64,000 bases of DNA from Thermodesulfobacteriota bacterium (GTDB taxonomy: Bacteria > Desulfobacterota > Binatia > Bin18), in assembly GCA_964291405.2 (NCBI GenBank), contig OZ219926.1, positions 4,320,001-4,384,000 on the forward strand, written 5' to 3'. The translations under genes were made by a program, and so were the position numbers. Positions 37,983 to 46,613 of this stretch are shown here, piece after piece (position 1 is the first letter of the stretch; each line of letters opens with the position of its first letter). A model generated the notes under the pieces. It worked only from the letters and a program-made list of their open reading frames with translations, was not told the DNA's origin and did not search any database.

Positions 37983-39162
37983 GGTTTCGTGTTTCTGTTG
38001 GAGTCTGGCTGGGAAAAAGCTCCTCTTCGACTTTGTGAAGATAGTCCTCAGTAAATGGTAGCTGCACATTAGCATCTGCCTGTCCAAGTGCTCGGAAGCA
38101 TACTTTTACAAGCTGTCTGGGATTGGAGTAAGTGGTAGGACGAAAGGGAAGATCATCTGGAAACGGGAAAAGAACGCCCATCGATTCATCCGTCTCTCCT
38201 GACCGAGCAGCAGTTATCCGGGATTTCATCAGAGCGAATGCGTCCTCATACGTTAGGGGGTTAATCTGGAAGGTGCGGTTAGCAATGCGCGCCACCAGGG
38301 AGGGTTCAAGTTCTTTGGTAGTCTCGTAGGCATCGGGGGTCATAGACAACACAATCCAGAAGTCAATCTGCTCGCTTTCAGCGAGGTTGATTAATCGTCT
38401 CAGGGTAGCTAAGTAATCGTACGCCGCTCGCTTACTGAGCCGTTTTTGCAGACCTATTTCCTCAAATTCGTCGATCAGAAATGCAATAGCCTTGGCACCT
38501 GTCCCCTGTAAAATTGTTTTCAATATTGCACGAAAGTACGGCGCTTCCTCTCCTTCTGGGACCACACTCCCTTTTTGGCGGGGTACAAAGTCCCGATATT
38601 CAAAATATGGTTTGTTTACGACCTCGGTGACGATCCGAGCGAGACAGTGGGCAATCTGTTCATCGGTCGTAACTTCCGCGCTCAGGATGGCCTCCTGGAG
38701 AGGTATTGTCATGTCATGTTGGTGCCGACGCGGATGAAATGCGTCGGACAAATATTCCTCAAATCCCTTTCGGAAAAGATTTCTCTGATACGGAACAGTT
38801 ACATATGCTCCAGCCAGTTCCCAAATGAACTTAGCGAAATCTTTCCGCCCGATAGTACGCAACAACGTATTGGCGAGGTCGTAGAAATGCACTCCTGGGT
38901 TATCGAAGTAGAATGACCGGATTTGACGGCTTGGTAAAACGTCCGTGTGGAGCCACTGTAGAAGGCAAGTCTTTCCGGTCCCATACTCACCGACGAGAAC
39001 AATGGCCTTTACGCCCTCTCCACTCTGATGAACGTCGAGGAGCTGTCGCACGTCCGTCTCTAGTGCCGTCGGCAGTGACAGAGGGCCTGCAAGAGGTGTG
39101 CCCGTCGCAGCGGGCTCGAAAGGATTAACATTGAGCCTGAATTTTTGAAGAATGTCTGGCAT
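37975..39162 (-). CDS. AAA+/P-loop ATPase
   Basis: NPF N-terminus; Walker A GEYGTGKT; Walker B FLIDEFE; NPRQLV. Confidence 0.88.
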   Translation of the reverse strand: MPDILQKFRLNVNPFEPAATGTPLAGPLSLPTALETDVRQLLDVHQSGEGVKAIVLVGEYGTGKTCLLQWLHTDVLPSRQIRSFYFDNPGVHFYDLANTLLRTIGRKDFAKFIWELAGAYVTVPYQRNLFRKGFEEYLSDAFHPRRHQHDMTIPLQEAILSAEVTTDEQIAHCLARIVTEVVNKPYFEYRDFVPRQKGSVVPEGEEAPYFRAILKTILQGTGAKAIAFLIDEFEEIGLQKRLSKRAAYDYLATLRRLINLAESEQIDFWIVLSMTPDAYETTKELEPSLVARIANRTFQINPLTYEDAFALMKSRITAARSGETDESMGVLFPFPDDLPFRPTTYSNPRQLVKVCFRALGQADANVQLPFTEDYLHKVEEELFPSQTPTETRNHG

Positions 39163-40219
39163 GGTGGTCTGTCAACTCCATGGGTTCCAACACTATGTCT
39201 TTGTGTATGCGAATGTGAGAAATATAAGGACCATTCGCGGTCCTGTAATATCTTCGTAACACCAGTGTTTCCCCTTGCGCAGATGGCGCCGTGAGCGTTG
39301 CAAGGGCGCGGGATGTTGGAATCAACACAACGTGATTCGGCCATTCCCGAAGCAGACAGTCGATCGCATCGAAAAGCACACGGATCGGTTGTCGGCGAGC
39401 TTCGCAGAAGCGAACGATAAGATCAAGAATGGAGAATGATGTCCACTCATCTGGGGTACGTAGAGAAAGAAGGGAACGCACGGTCTGCCGTACAGGGCTG
39501 TCGATTCCCTTGAGGGAAGACCGGGGCCACGATACAGGAAACATAACCACACTACCATCGGCTTTTGGGCAGTATTCGTCGATGAGTCCCAACTCATTAC
39601 GTGCCCAGTAGCGCACTCCGTATAGGATCGCAGCTATGCTTGCGTACGAAGTCCAGCGTGCCGTGCGGCCTGTTTTGTCATTTCGAAAAATGACCTCCCT
39701 GGCGCGACAGGAACTGTAGCGGGTCCACTTAACAGGGAGACTGTTTTGACGAAAACTTGAAACGGAACTGGAGCTTGTGCCTGCGGACATGAAAAGATCA
39801 AAAAAAAGTGACCTGCATTGTTCATTTTTCAATACCAACGCTGCAAAATGGTCTCTTGCAGAATCACTGAGCACCTGATCTCTGTTGGCTGGGGCTGGCT
39901 GATGTAGTAGTTTGCAGACATCAGGATCATCATCGTTAATACGCAACCTCAGCCCATCTCGTTTGAGGGTGCGTAGACGAAGCAAGGTATTACGATAGTG
40001 GTATAGGGTCGTAGGTGCTGGGCCTGAACTACGCTGCGTAAGCACGAGGCTCTTTTCTTGTACTAACTTGTTAATTTCACCAGCCCTCAGTCCGTTCGGA
40101 AAGACAGCGACGGTTTTCAAGATACGGTGGAGCCCGGCGAACGAGACGGCGCGCATCCAATAATGATTCTGTCGTGCGCTGTCTTTATTAGACCGTTGTG
40201 CCTGAGTCATGTTGGTCAC
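39125..40219 (-). CDS. Uncharacterised, probably multi-winged-helix DNA-binding protein
   Basis: 364-aa ORF overlapping the ATPase start; the wHTH call is inferred from patterns such as TTLYHYRNTLLRL and YWARNELGLIDE. Confidence 0.65.
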   Translation of the reverse strand: MTNMTQAQRSNKDSARQNHYWMRAVSFAGLHRILKTVAVFPNGLRAGEINKLVQEKSLVLTQRSSGPAPTTLYHYRNTLLRLRTLKRDGLRLRINDDDPDVCKLLHQPAPANRDQVLSDSARDHFAALVLKNEQCRSLFFDLFMSAGTSSSSVSSFRQNSLPVKWTRYSSCRAREVIFRNDKTGRTARWTSYASIAAILYGVRYWARNELGLIDEYCPKADGSVVMFPVSWPRSSLKGIDSPVRQTVRSLLSLRTPDEWTSFSILDLIVRFCEARRQPIRVLFDAIDCLLREWPNHVVLIPTSRALATLTAPSAQGETLVLRRYYRTANGPYISHIRIHKDIVLEPMELTDHHARHSSKIQAQC

Positions 40220-40541
40220 TTCTCTACGTTTACGTCTCGGAAGCCTTTCTGAATGTTATCACGGAGAACGGAGAAGCAAAACTAAACGCTGGTAGGGAGA
40301 GGTCAAGCCCAATATAACATTTGGGTTACCGTTTCATTGTGTGGACAGCAGACTATGACTGTCTGTTGATTCCCTGCTACTACGCTAGTTTGCTGGTAGA
40401 TGGCCTACGCTATTGTGATTATCCGATCTTGAGTGAAAATAGAACTATCAGTGGGGTTGATGACGGAATCGGTCCCGCTTTCCTTGACCCTCATCCGGTC
40501 TCTGCCTATGATCCGAGGACGCTGGCTAAAGGAGGGCGGAC

Positions 40542-41720
40542 ATGCCTGCGGGGAACCTCAAAGATGTTGCGGCTGTGTGTGGTGTGGGCCATACGGCATA
40601 CGGTCGGAAAATGAACCGGAGTCAGATCGATCTTGCCGGTGAAGCCATCCGCAACGCGCTCGATGACGCCGGGTTGGGACGGGATGATTTGGACGGGCTT
40701 ATCGTCAGTTTTGGGACGCCGATTGGGGCGGACGCCGACACCCTGGCCTATGCGTTGGGATTAAAGCTGCGCGCGTATAATCAGACTTGGGCGCACGGAC
40801 GGTTTACGGCCAGCAGCATACAGTGGGCGGCGATGATGGTGAGTGCCGGGCTGGCTAATGTGGTGGCTTGCATGGCGTCGATCAGTTTTTCCGGTTTCCG
40901 CAAGCCCATGATGGGCGGGTCCGGAGACGCGGAAGGTGGGCGTGAGGCCGGCGGCGGGCACGGCGAAGACCCGGTGTTCGGCATGACCTCGCCTGGGGCC
41001 GGGGCTGCCCTGGTCGCCCGGAAGTATTTTGATCGCTTTGGCGCAACGAGTGAGCAACTGGCCGCAGTGGCGGTGGCGTTTCGGAAGCATGCCTCTATGA
41101 ATCCGAATGCCGTCATGCAGACACCGATCAGCGTCGAAGATCACCAGAACTCGCGTTTTGTGTGCGAGCCGCTGCACCTGCTGGACTATTGCCTGATTAA
41201 CGATGGCGCGGCGTGCGTTCTGGTGACCACCCAGGAACGTGCGCGGGACATGGCCAAGCGGCCGGTGTGCATGAGCGGCATGCAGGGCCTGCCTGCGGGA
41301 CGGGAGGAATTCATTTGGACCTATCCCGGCTTTGGGACTTCTCAACAAACCGCCTTTGATTATGTGCCCGGCCCGCAGCCCGTGTATGAGATGGCAGATG
41401 TCTCGCCCAAGGATCTGGATGCGCTGTTTACCTATGATGCGTTCTCGATCCTGGCCTGGACCGCGCTGGAGCGCTTTGGGTTCTGCCAGCAGGGCGAAGC
41501 CGCGGCATTTACCCAAGACGGGCGCATCGAGCTGGGTGGGGAGCTACCCATGAACACCAATGGCGGGCTGATGTCCGAGGGCCATATCATGGGCTGGAAT
41601 CATCAGGTCGAGATTGTACGCCAATTACGGGGGGAGTGTGGTGAGCGACAGATTCCGAATGCGCAACTCATCCAATGGGCCAACGCGTACGGAGACTCGT
41701 TAATCTATCGCGCGGGCTGA
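40542..41720 (+). CDS. Thiolase-fold (SCP-x/Ltp2-like) protein
   Basis: PLHLLDYCLINDGAA, YDAFS, NTNGGLMSEGH, QLRGECGERQ. Confidence 0.88.
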   Translation: MPAGNLKDVAAVCGVGHTAYGRKMNRSQIDLAGEAIRNALDDAGLGRDDLDGLIVSFGTPIGADADTLAYALGLKLRAYNQTWAHGRFTASSIQWAAMMVSAGLANVVACMASISFSGFRKPMMGGSGDAEGGREAGGGHGEDPVFGMTSPGAGAALVARKYFDRFGATSEQLAAVAVAFRKHASMNPNAVMQTPISVEDHQNSRFVCEPLHLLDYCLINDGAACVLVTTQERARDMAKRPVCMSGMQGLPAGREEFIWTYPGFGTSQQTAFDYVPGPQPVYEMADVSPKDLDALFTYDAFSILAWTALERFGFCQQGEAAAFTQDGRIELGGELPMNTNGGLMSEGHIMGWNHQVEIVRQLRGECGERQIPNAQLIQWANAYGDSLIYRAG

Positions 41721-41736
41721 TAAAAAAGGAGAGGGT

Positions 41737-42150
41737 ATGGCCGAGTACACAAAACCGCTCCCGGCGATTTCGACACTGAACCAGCCGTACTGGGATGGCC
41801 TGAAGCAACGGCAGGTGGTGCTGCCCTATTGCGAAGTGTGTGACAAGGTCTGGTATCCTCCGGCTCCGTTTTGCCCGGACTGCTGGTCACGAGATTTTCG
41901 CTGGCAGGCGGTGAGCGGTCGAGGCGTGGTGAACTCCTGGGTCGTTTTTCATCAGGCGTATTTCTCGTCGTTCAAGGATGACATTCCGTACGCTGTTGCC
42001 GAGGTCGAACTGGAAGAAGGCCCCCGTCTGCTGACCAATCTGGTCGAAGTCGCGGACGAGGACATTACCATCGGCATGCCGGTGGAGGTGGTCTTCGATG
42101 ATGTGACCGATGAGGTCACCCTGGCAAAGTTTCGACCCCGGAAAGGGTAA
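41737..42150 (+). CDS. DUF35 Zn-ribbon/OB-fold protein
   Basis: CEVC...CPDC; VELEEGPRLLTNL. Confidence 0.92.
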   Translation: MAEYTKPLPAISTLNQPYWDGLKQRQVVLPYCEVCDKVWYPPAPFCPDCWSRDFRWQAVSGRGVVNSWVVFHQAYFSSFKDDIPYAVAEVELEEGPRLLTNLVEVADEDITIGMPVEVVFDDVTDEVTLAKFRPRKG

Positions 42151-42191
42151 ACAGACCGGTACGGCTGCACTGAAGGAGAAAAGGAGTATCT

Positions 42192-43394
42192 ATGCCCGGT
42201 ATTCTCGACGGTATTCGCGTATTTGACCTCAGTATCGCTGCGGTCGGACCCTGGGCGTCCAAATTGCTGGGCGAACTGGGAGCGGATGTGATTAAGGTTG
42301 AGTCGCCCGGCGGTGAACTCTCGCACGTCATCCCGCCGCCGATTAAGGGCACGGCCGTCCTGTATATCTCGGCCAATTTCAACAAGCGGAATATTGTGCT
42401 CGATCTCAAAGAAGAAGGAGATCGGGCTATTGCGCTCAAGATGGTTGAAAAGAGCGATGTGTTTGTTCAGAACATGCGGCCGGGTGCGGTCGAGCGTTTG
42501 GGTCTGGGCTATGATGTGGTCTCTCAGCTCAACCCGCGCCTGGTGTATCTGTCTGCGTCTGCGTATGGCCGGACTGGTGCGATGGCAAAGGAAGCCGGGA
42601 TCGATCCGACCGTTCAGGCCTTCGGAGGCTGGTGCAGCATTACTGGCACGCCCGGCTCTCAAGGAGAGATGTTCCGTCACCTGGCTCATCTCGACATTAC
42701 GACCAGTACCATGATTGTCGAAGCTGTTTTGCAGGCGCTGCTGGCGCGAGAGCGCTCGGGCAAGGGACAGCACATTGAGATCGATATGATCTCGGCCGCG
42801 ATGTCGCTGCAAACCAGCCGCCTGGCTGAGTATTTCGCGACCGGCGAACAGCCTCGGCCCATGGGTAGTGCCGTGGCAACGACTGTGCCGCACCAGGCCT
42901 TTGTGTGTGAGGATCAGGAATATCTGGCGGTCGGGGTGGTGCGTGAAGATCAGTGGCCGCCTTTCTGTCGTGCTATCGGCCAGGATGCCCTGTGCGACGA
43001 TCCGCGCTTTGCGACCAATCCGAAACGAGTCGAAAACCGGGCCGCCCTCGTAGCGCTGCTGGAAGACCATTTCAAAACCAAGCCAACCCGCTGGTGGAGT
43101 CTGCGGCTGACGCAAGAAGGCGTGCCGAACACGCGGGTGGACCGTACGGTCAATTTTCAGACGCTCCGCGCTGACCCCCAAGTCACCCTGAATCAGCATA
43201 TTGTTGACCTGGAGACGCCGCATTGGGACACGCTCAGCGTCGATGGGCTGCCGTGGAAGTTTGAGAAAACTCCGGCTGGTCCGATTCGTCCGGGCGGACT
43301 GCAAGGCGAGCAGACCGAGGAAGTCCTGCGCGAGTTTGGGATCGCGGCAGAGACGCCGGAGAAAAACGGTAGAGACAAGAGACTGGAGCGGTGA
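42192..43394 (+). CDS. Family III (CaiB/BaiF) CoA-transferase
   Basis: [25 protein letters not shown] (catalytic-position Asp present). Confidence 0.92.
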   Translation: MPGILDGIRVFDLSIAAVGPWASKLLGELGADVIKVESPGGELSHVIPPPIKGTAVLYISANFNKRNIVLDLKEEGDRAIALKMVEKSDVFVQNMRPGAVERLGLGYDVVSQLNPRLVYLSASAYGRTGAMAKEAGIDPTVQAFGGWCSITGTPGSQGEMFRHLAHLDITTSTMIVEAVLQALLARERSGKGQHIEIDMISAAMSLQTSRLAEYFATGEQPRPMGSAVATTVPHQAFVCEDQEYLAVGVVREDQWPPFCRAIGQDALCDDPRFATNPKRVENRAALVALLEDHFKTKPTRWWSLRLTQEGVPNTRVDRTVNFQTLRADPQVTLNQHIVDLETPHWDTLSVDGLPWKFEKTPAGPIRPGGLQGEQTEEVLREFGIAAETPEKNGRDKRLER

Positions 43395-44596
43395 TGCCCG
43401 GTGCACTCGACGGTTTTATCGTTATTGACTTCACCCAAGGACTGTGTGGGCCGTTTGCCTCCATGCGCCTGGCTGACGCTGGGGCCGAGGTGATCAAAAT
43501 CGAGCCGCTGAGCGGCGATACCGCACGGACTATGGGACCGCCGTTCATCCAGGATGAAAGCGCGGTCTTCCTGAGTCTCAATCGGAACAAAAAGAGCGTG
43601 GCCCTCGATGTCACCACACAAGACGGCGGGAAGATTGCGCAACAACTGATCGCCCGGGCCGATGTGGTCTTAGAAGATTTCGGGCCGGGCCAGGCGGAAA
43701 CATTGGGGCTGGGCTACGCAGACCTCAGCCAGACGCATGAGGCGCTGGTGTATTGCGCGATCAGTGCCTTTGGGGAGGAAGGGCCGCTGCGAAACCAGCC
43801 AGGGGCGGAGCTGGTGGTGCAGGCCATGGCCGATTACACCCACTCGCTTGGAAAAATCGGAGAGGCTCCGGTTCGTTTAGGCACGGACGTGGCCAGTCTC
43901 AATACCGGTATCATGGCCTCCCAAGCGATAACGGCCGGGCTGTTTCACCGCGTGCGCAAAGGCGAGGGGCAGCGGGTTGCGGTCAGTATGCTGGGGACTC
44001 TGCTCCATATGCGCGGCATTATGTGGACGTCCATGACGGACCCGGACGAGTGGTATGGATTCCATCTCGATCATTACACCCGACCGCCCGACGAGGGTTA
44101 TAAAACCAAAGACGGTCATGTCTATTTCGGCCTGCGGCGGGGCAGTAGCGAGGATTGGGATCGGCTGATGCTGACGCTTGGCTTGGCAGACTATATTACT
44201 GACCCGCGTTTTCAGGGCTTTGGACGAGAGGCGACCAGCATTGGCCGCTACGCGCCTGAGGTCAAGCCGATTTGGGAGCGAGCCTTTCAGCAATTGACGA
44301 ACGCTGAAGTAGTCAAACTCGTCCATGAATTCCGTGGGGATGCCGTGCCCTTTAATGATTACCCCACGTTATGTGCCCATCCACAGGTGGCCGAGCTCGA
44401 TATCCTGAAAGACGTTGACCACCCGGCGGGAGGGAGCTTTCGGACCATCGGTCCGGTCTGGCGTCTGGCGGATACGCCGGCGGAAATTAGGACCGCCCCG
44501 CCGACTCTCGGTCAGCATACGGACGAAGTCCTGACCGGGATAGGGATGAACGCGACAGACCTTCAGCGGCTCAGAACGGCCAAGGTCGTCGGCTAG
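43394..44596 (+). CDS. Family III CoA-transferase, probably a non-catalytic subunit
   Basis: GAEVIKIE, NRNKKS; VASLNTG has Ser at the usual Asp position. Confidence 0.88.
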   Translation: MPGALDGFIVIDFTQGLCGPFASMRLADAGAEVIKIEPLSGDTARTMGPPFIQDESAVFLSLNRNKKSVALDVTTQDGGKIAQQLIARADVVLEDFGPGQAETLGLGYADLSQTHEALVYCAISAFGEEGPLRNQPGAELVVQAMADYTHSLGKIGEAPVRLGTDVASLNTGIMASQAITAGLFHRVRKGEGQRVAVSMLGTLLHMRGIMWTSMTDPDEWYGFHLDHYTRPPDEGYKTKDGHVYFGLRRGSSEDWDRLMLTLGLADYITDPRFQGFGREATSIGRYAPEVKPIWERAFQQLTNAEVVKLVHEFRGDAVPFNDYPTLCAHPQVAELDILKDVDHPAGGSFRTIGPVWRLADTPAEIRTAPPTLGQHTDEVLTGIGMNATDLQRLRTAKVVG

Positions 44597-44775
44597 AGCG
44601 TTTTACTATAGGCTGTAGCCCTGCCGTTACGTGCTCGTCATGTCGGACGCGCTCCGGCATCCCTGCTTCGACTTCGCTCCGCTCCGCTCAGCACGAACGG
44701 CAGACCGTTAGTCCTGAGCGTCAGGCGCAACGCGCCTGAAGTCGAAGGGCTACACGGAATCGTAATTTGCTCTAG
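44593..44775. mobile_element. IS630-end MITE with CTTCGACT...AGTCGAAG palindrome cargo
   Basis: Bounded by CTAG (the left one contains the CoA-transferase stop); TGTAGC at position 22 from both ends. Confidence 0.8.
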
Positions 44776-44927
44776 AGCAAAATTCACATGAGTGTAGCGT
44801 CCCACGGCCTCCGCGCGTTGCCCGATACGTCGGGTGCGCCCTGCGCACCGGGGCAAGGTGGTGCATGGGATGCACCCGACGGAACTCTGGAGAGCACCTC
44901 GCTACACCACGGAGGAAACTGCTCTAA
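44772..44927. mobile_element. IS630-end MITE with GTAG-REP cargo, in tandem with the previous one
   Basis: Homologue of 24926-25080. Confidence 0.85.
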
Positions 44928-44974
44928 TGTGTCGGATGTAACAGCCAGTCGAGAGGGGCTCAGCGGTCAAGGAA

Positions 44975-45003
44975 GCTCGGGCCGGCTTCGGACCGGCCCG
45001 AGT
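44975..45003. terminator. GC-rich hairpin downstream of amtB
   Basis: GCTCGGGCCGG-CTTCGGA-CCGGCCCGAGT; no clear U-tract. Confidence 0.5.
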
Positions 45004-45048
45004 GCGTTGAGGGATCGATAGCTCCGACGTTGATCGCGGTCAGTCGTC

Positions 45049-46374
45049 TTAGTCGACATAGCCGATCTCGTCGTGGTCGGTCAGGTCGAGACCCTGCTGC
45101 TCACTCTCTTCGCTAATGCGAGCCCCGCCGGTCAGGGCGTTGGCGATCATATAGGCGATCACTGAGACCACGCCACTCCAGATGATGGTGACAATAACGC
45201 TCTTGATCTGCTCAATGACCTGGGCCATCGTAGATGTGGCTTCGAGCCCGGCGCCACCCATGAATTCGGCTGCGCACAGACCGGTCAGGATCGCGCCGAC
45301 AATGCCGCCGACGCCGTGCACGCCGAAGACATCGAGGCTGTCATCATAGCCGAAGGATCGTTTTATCGTGGTGGCGGCCAGATAGCAGAAGAAGGCTGAG
45401 GCTGCGCCGATCAGGATCGCGCCCATGGGACCGGCCGTGCCGCTGGCTGGCGTAATGGCGACCAGACCTGCGATTGCGGCGGTGGCCATGCCAAGAATGC
45501 TCGGCTTGCCATGCCTGACCCACTCGATGAGCATCCAGACGACAACCGCCGTGGCGGTGGAGATCTGGGTGACGAGCAGGGCCATGCCGGCGACGCCGTC
45601 GGCGGCAAGCTCGCTCCCGGCGTTGAAACCAAACCAGCCCACCCAGAGCATAGCGGCTCCGACAACGGTCAGGACGAGGCTGTGGGGTCGCATGGGCTCT
45701 GTGGGGTAGCCGGTGCGCGAGCCGATCATGATGCAGACAACCAGCGCGGCGATCCCGGCGTTGATATGCACGACGGTCCCGCCGGCAAAGTCCAGGACGC
45801 CCCAACCGGCGAACAGGCCACCGCCCCAGGCCATATGCCAGATCGGGACATAGCTGAAGGTGAACCAGATGATCATGAAGATCAGCATGGCGCTGAACTT
45901 CATCCGCTCGGCAAAGGCCCCAACGATGAGCGCCGGGGTGATGATCGCAAAGGTCATCTGGAAGGTCAGGAAGACCGACTCGGGTATGGTGCCACTGAGG
46001 GAATCGACGCTCAGATCATTGAGGAAGAGCTTGGAGGCGTCTCCGATGATGGCGTTCCCCTCGGTGGCGGCAAAGCTGTAGCCGTAGATGATCCAGAGCA
46101 GGGTCATGACCCCGGCCATTGCCAGGCATTGGCCCAGAACGGACAGAACGTTCTTGACCCGCACCAGGCCGCCGTAGAACAGGGCCAGGCCCGGCAGGGT
46201 CATGAAGAGCACCAGTGCCGTGGCAGTAATCATCCAGGCGGTGTCCCCGCTATCGAGCGTTGCTGTTTCCTCGGCCCAGGCTGGCACGGCTGTCCCGAGC
46301 ATGCTGAGTAAACCGAGTGCGAGTGTGCTCCACCCACACCAGGCGGCTTGTTGTGTCTTCCGAAAAAGTTTCAC
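45049..46374 (-). CDS. amtB: Ammonium transporter
   Basis: GDTAW, DFAGGTVVH, WFGFNAGS, DDSLDVFGVHG; GTG start after AGGAGG. Confidence 0.95.
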   Translation of the reverse strand: MKLFRKTQQAAWCGWSTLALGLLSMLGTAVPAWAEETATLDSGDTAWMITATALVLFMTLPGLALFYGGLVRVKNVLSVLGQCLAMAGVMTLLWIIYGYSFAATEGNAIIGDASKLFLNDLSVDSLSGTIPESVFLTFQMTFAIITPALIVGAFAERMKFSAMLIFMIIWFTFSYVPIWHMAWGGGLFAGWGVLDFAGGTVVHINAGIAALVVCIMIGSRTGYPTEPMRPHSLVLTVVGAAMLWVGWFGFNAGSELAADGVAGMALLVTQISTATAVVVWMLIEWVRHGKPSILGMATAAIAGLVAITPASGTAGPMGAILIGAASAFFCYLAATTIKRSFGYDDSLDVFGVHGVGGIVGAILTGLCAAEFMGGAGLEATSTMAQVIEQIKSVIVTIIWSGVVSVIAYMIANALTGGARISEESEQQGLDLTDHDEIGYVD

Positions 46375-46472
46375 GGTGAACTCCTCCTTACCCTCACGCC
46401 CAAAGAACAAATATAACCGCTGCCGATTGCCCCGGATTGGCAACAGAAGGCGAGGGTCATCCTTCATAGTAG

Positions 46473-46488
46473 GCAAAAAGAATGCCGA
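46473..46488 (-). promoter_or_regulatory. Sigma-54 (-24/-12) promoter for amtB
   Basis: Minus strand TCGGCATTCTTTTTGC gives GG-N10-GC. Confidence 0.65.
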
Positions 46489-46613
46489 CCGGGAAGCATC
46501 TAATTTATTTGACTTTTTGTGTTTTGAGAGGGCCTGAGGCGAGACTGCTGCTGACTGGATTTTAAGCAACGCCTATTTTTTCGTCAGCTTTGCGCGTGAG
46601 GGAGGGGCATCCT

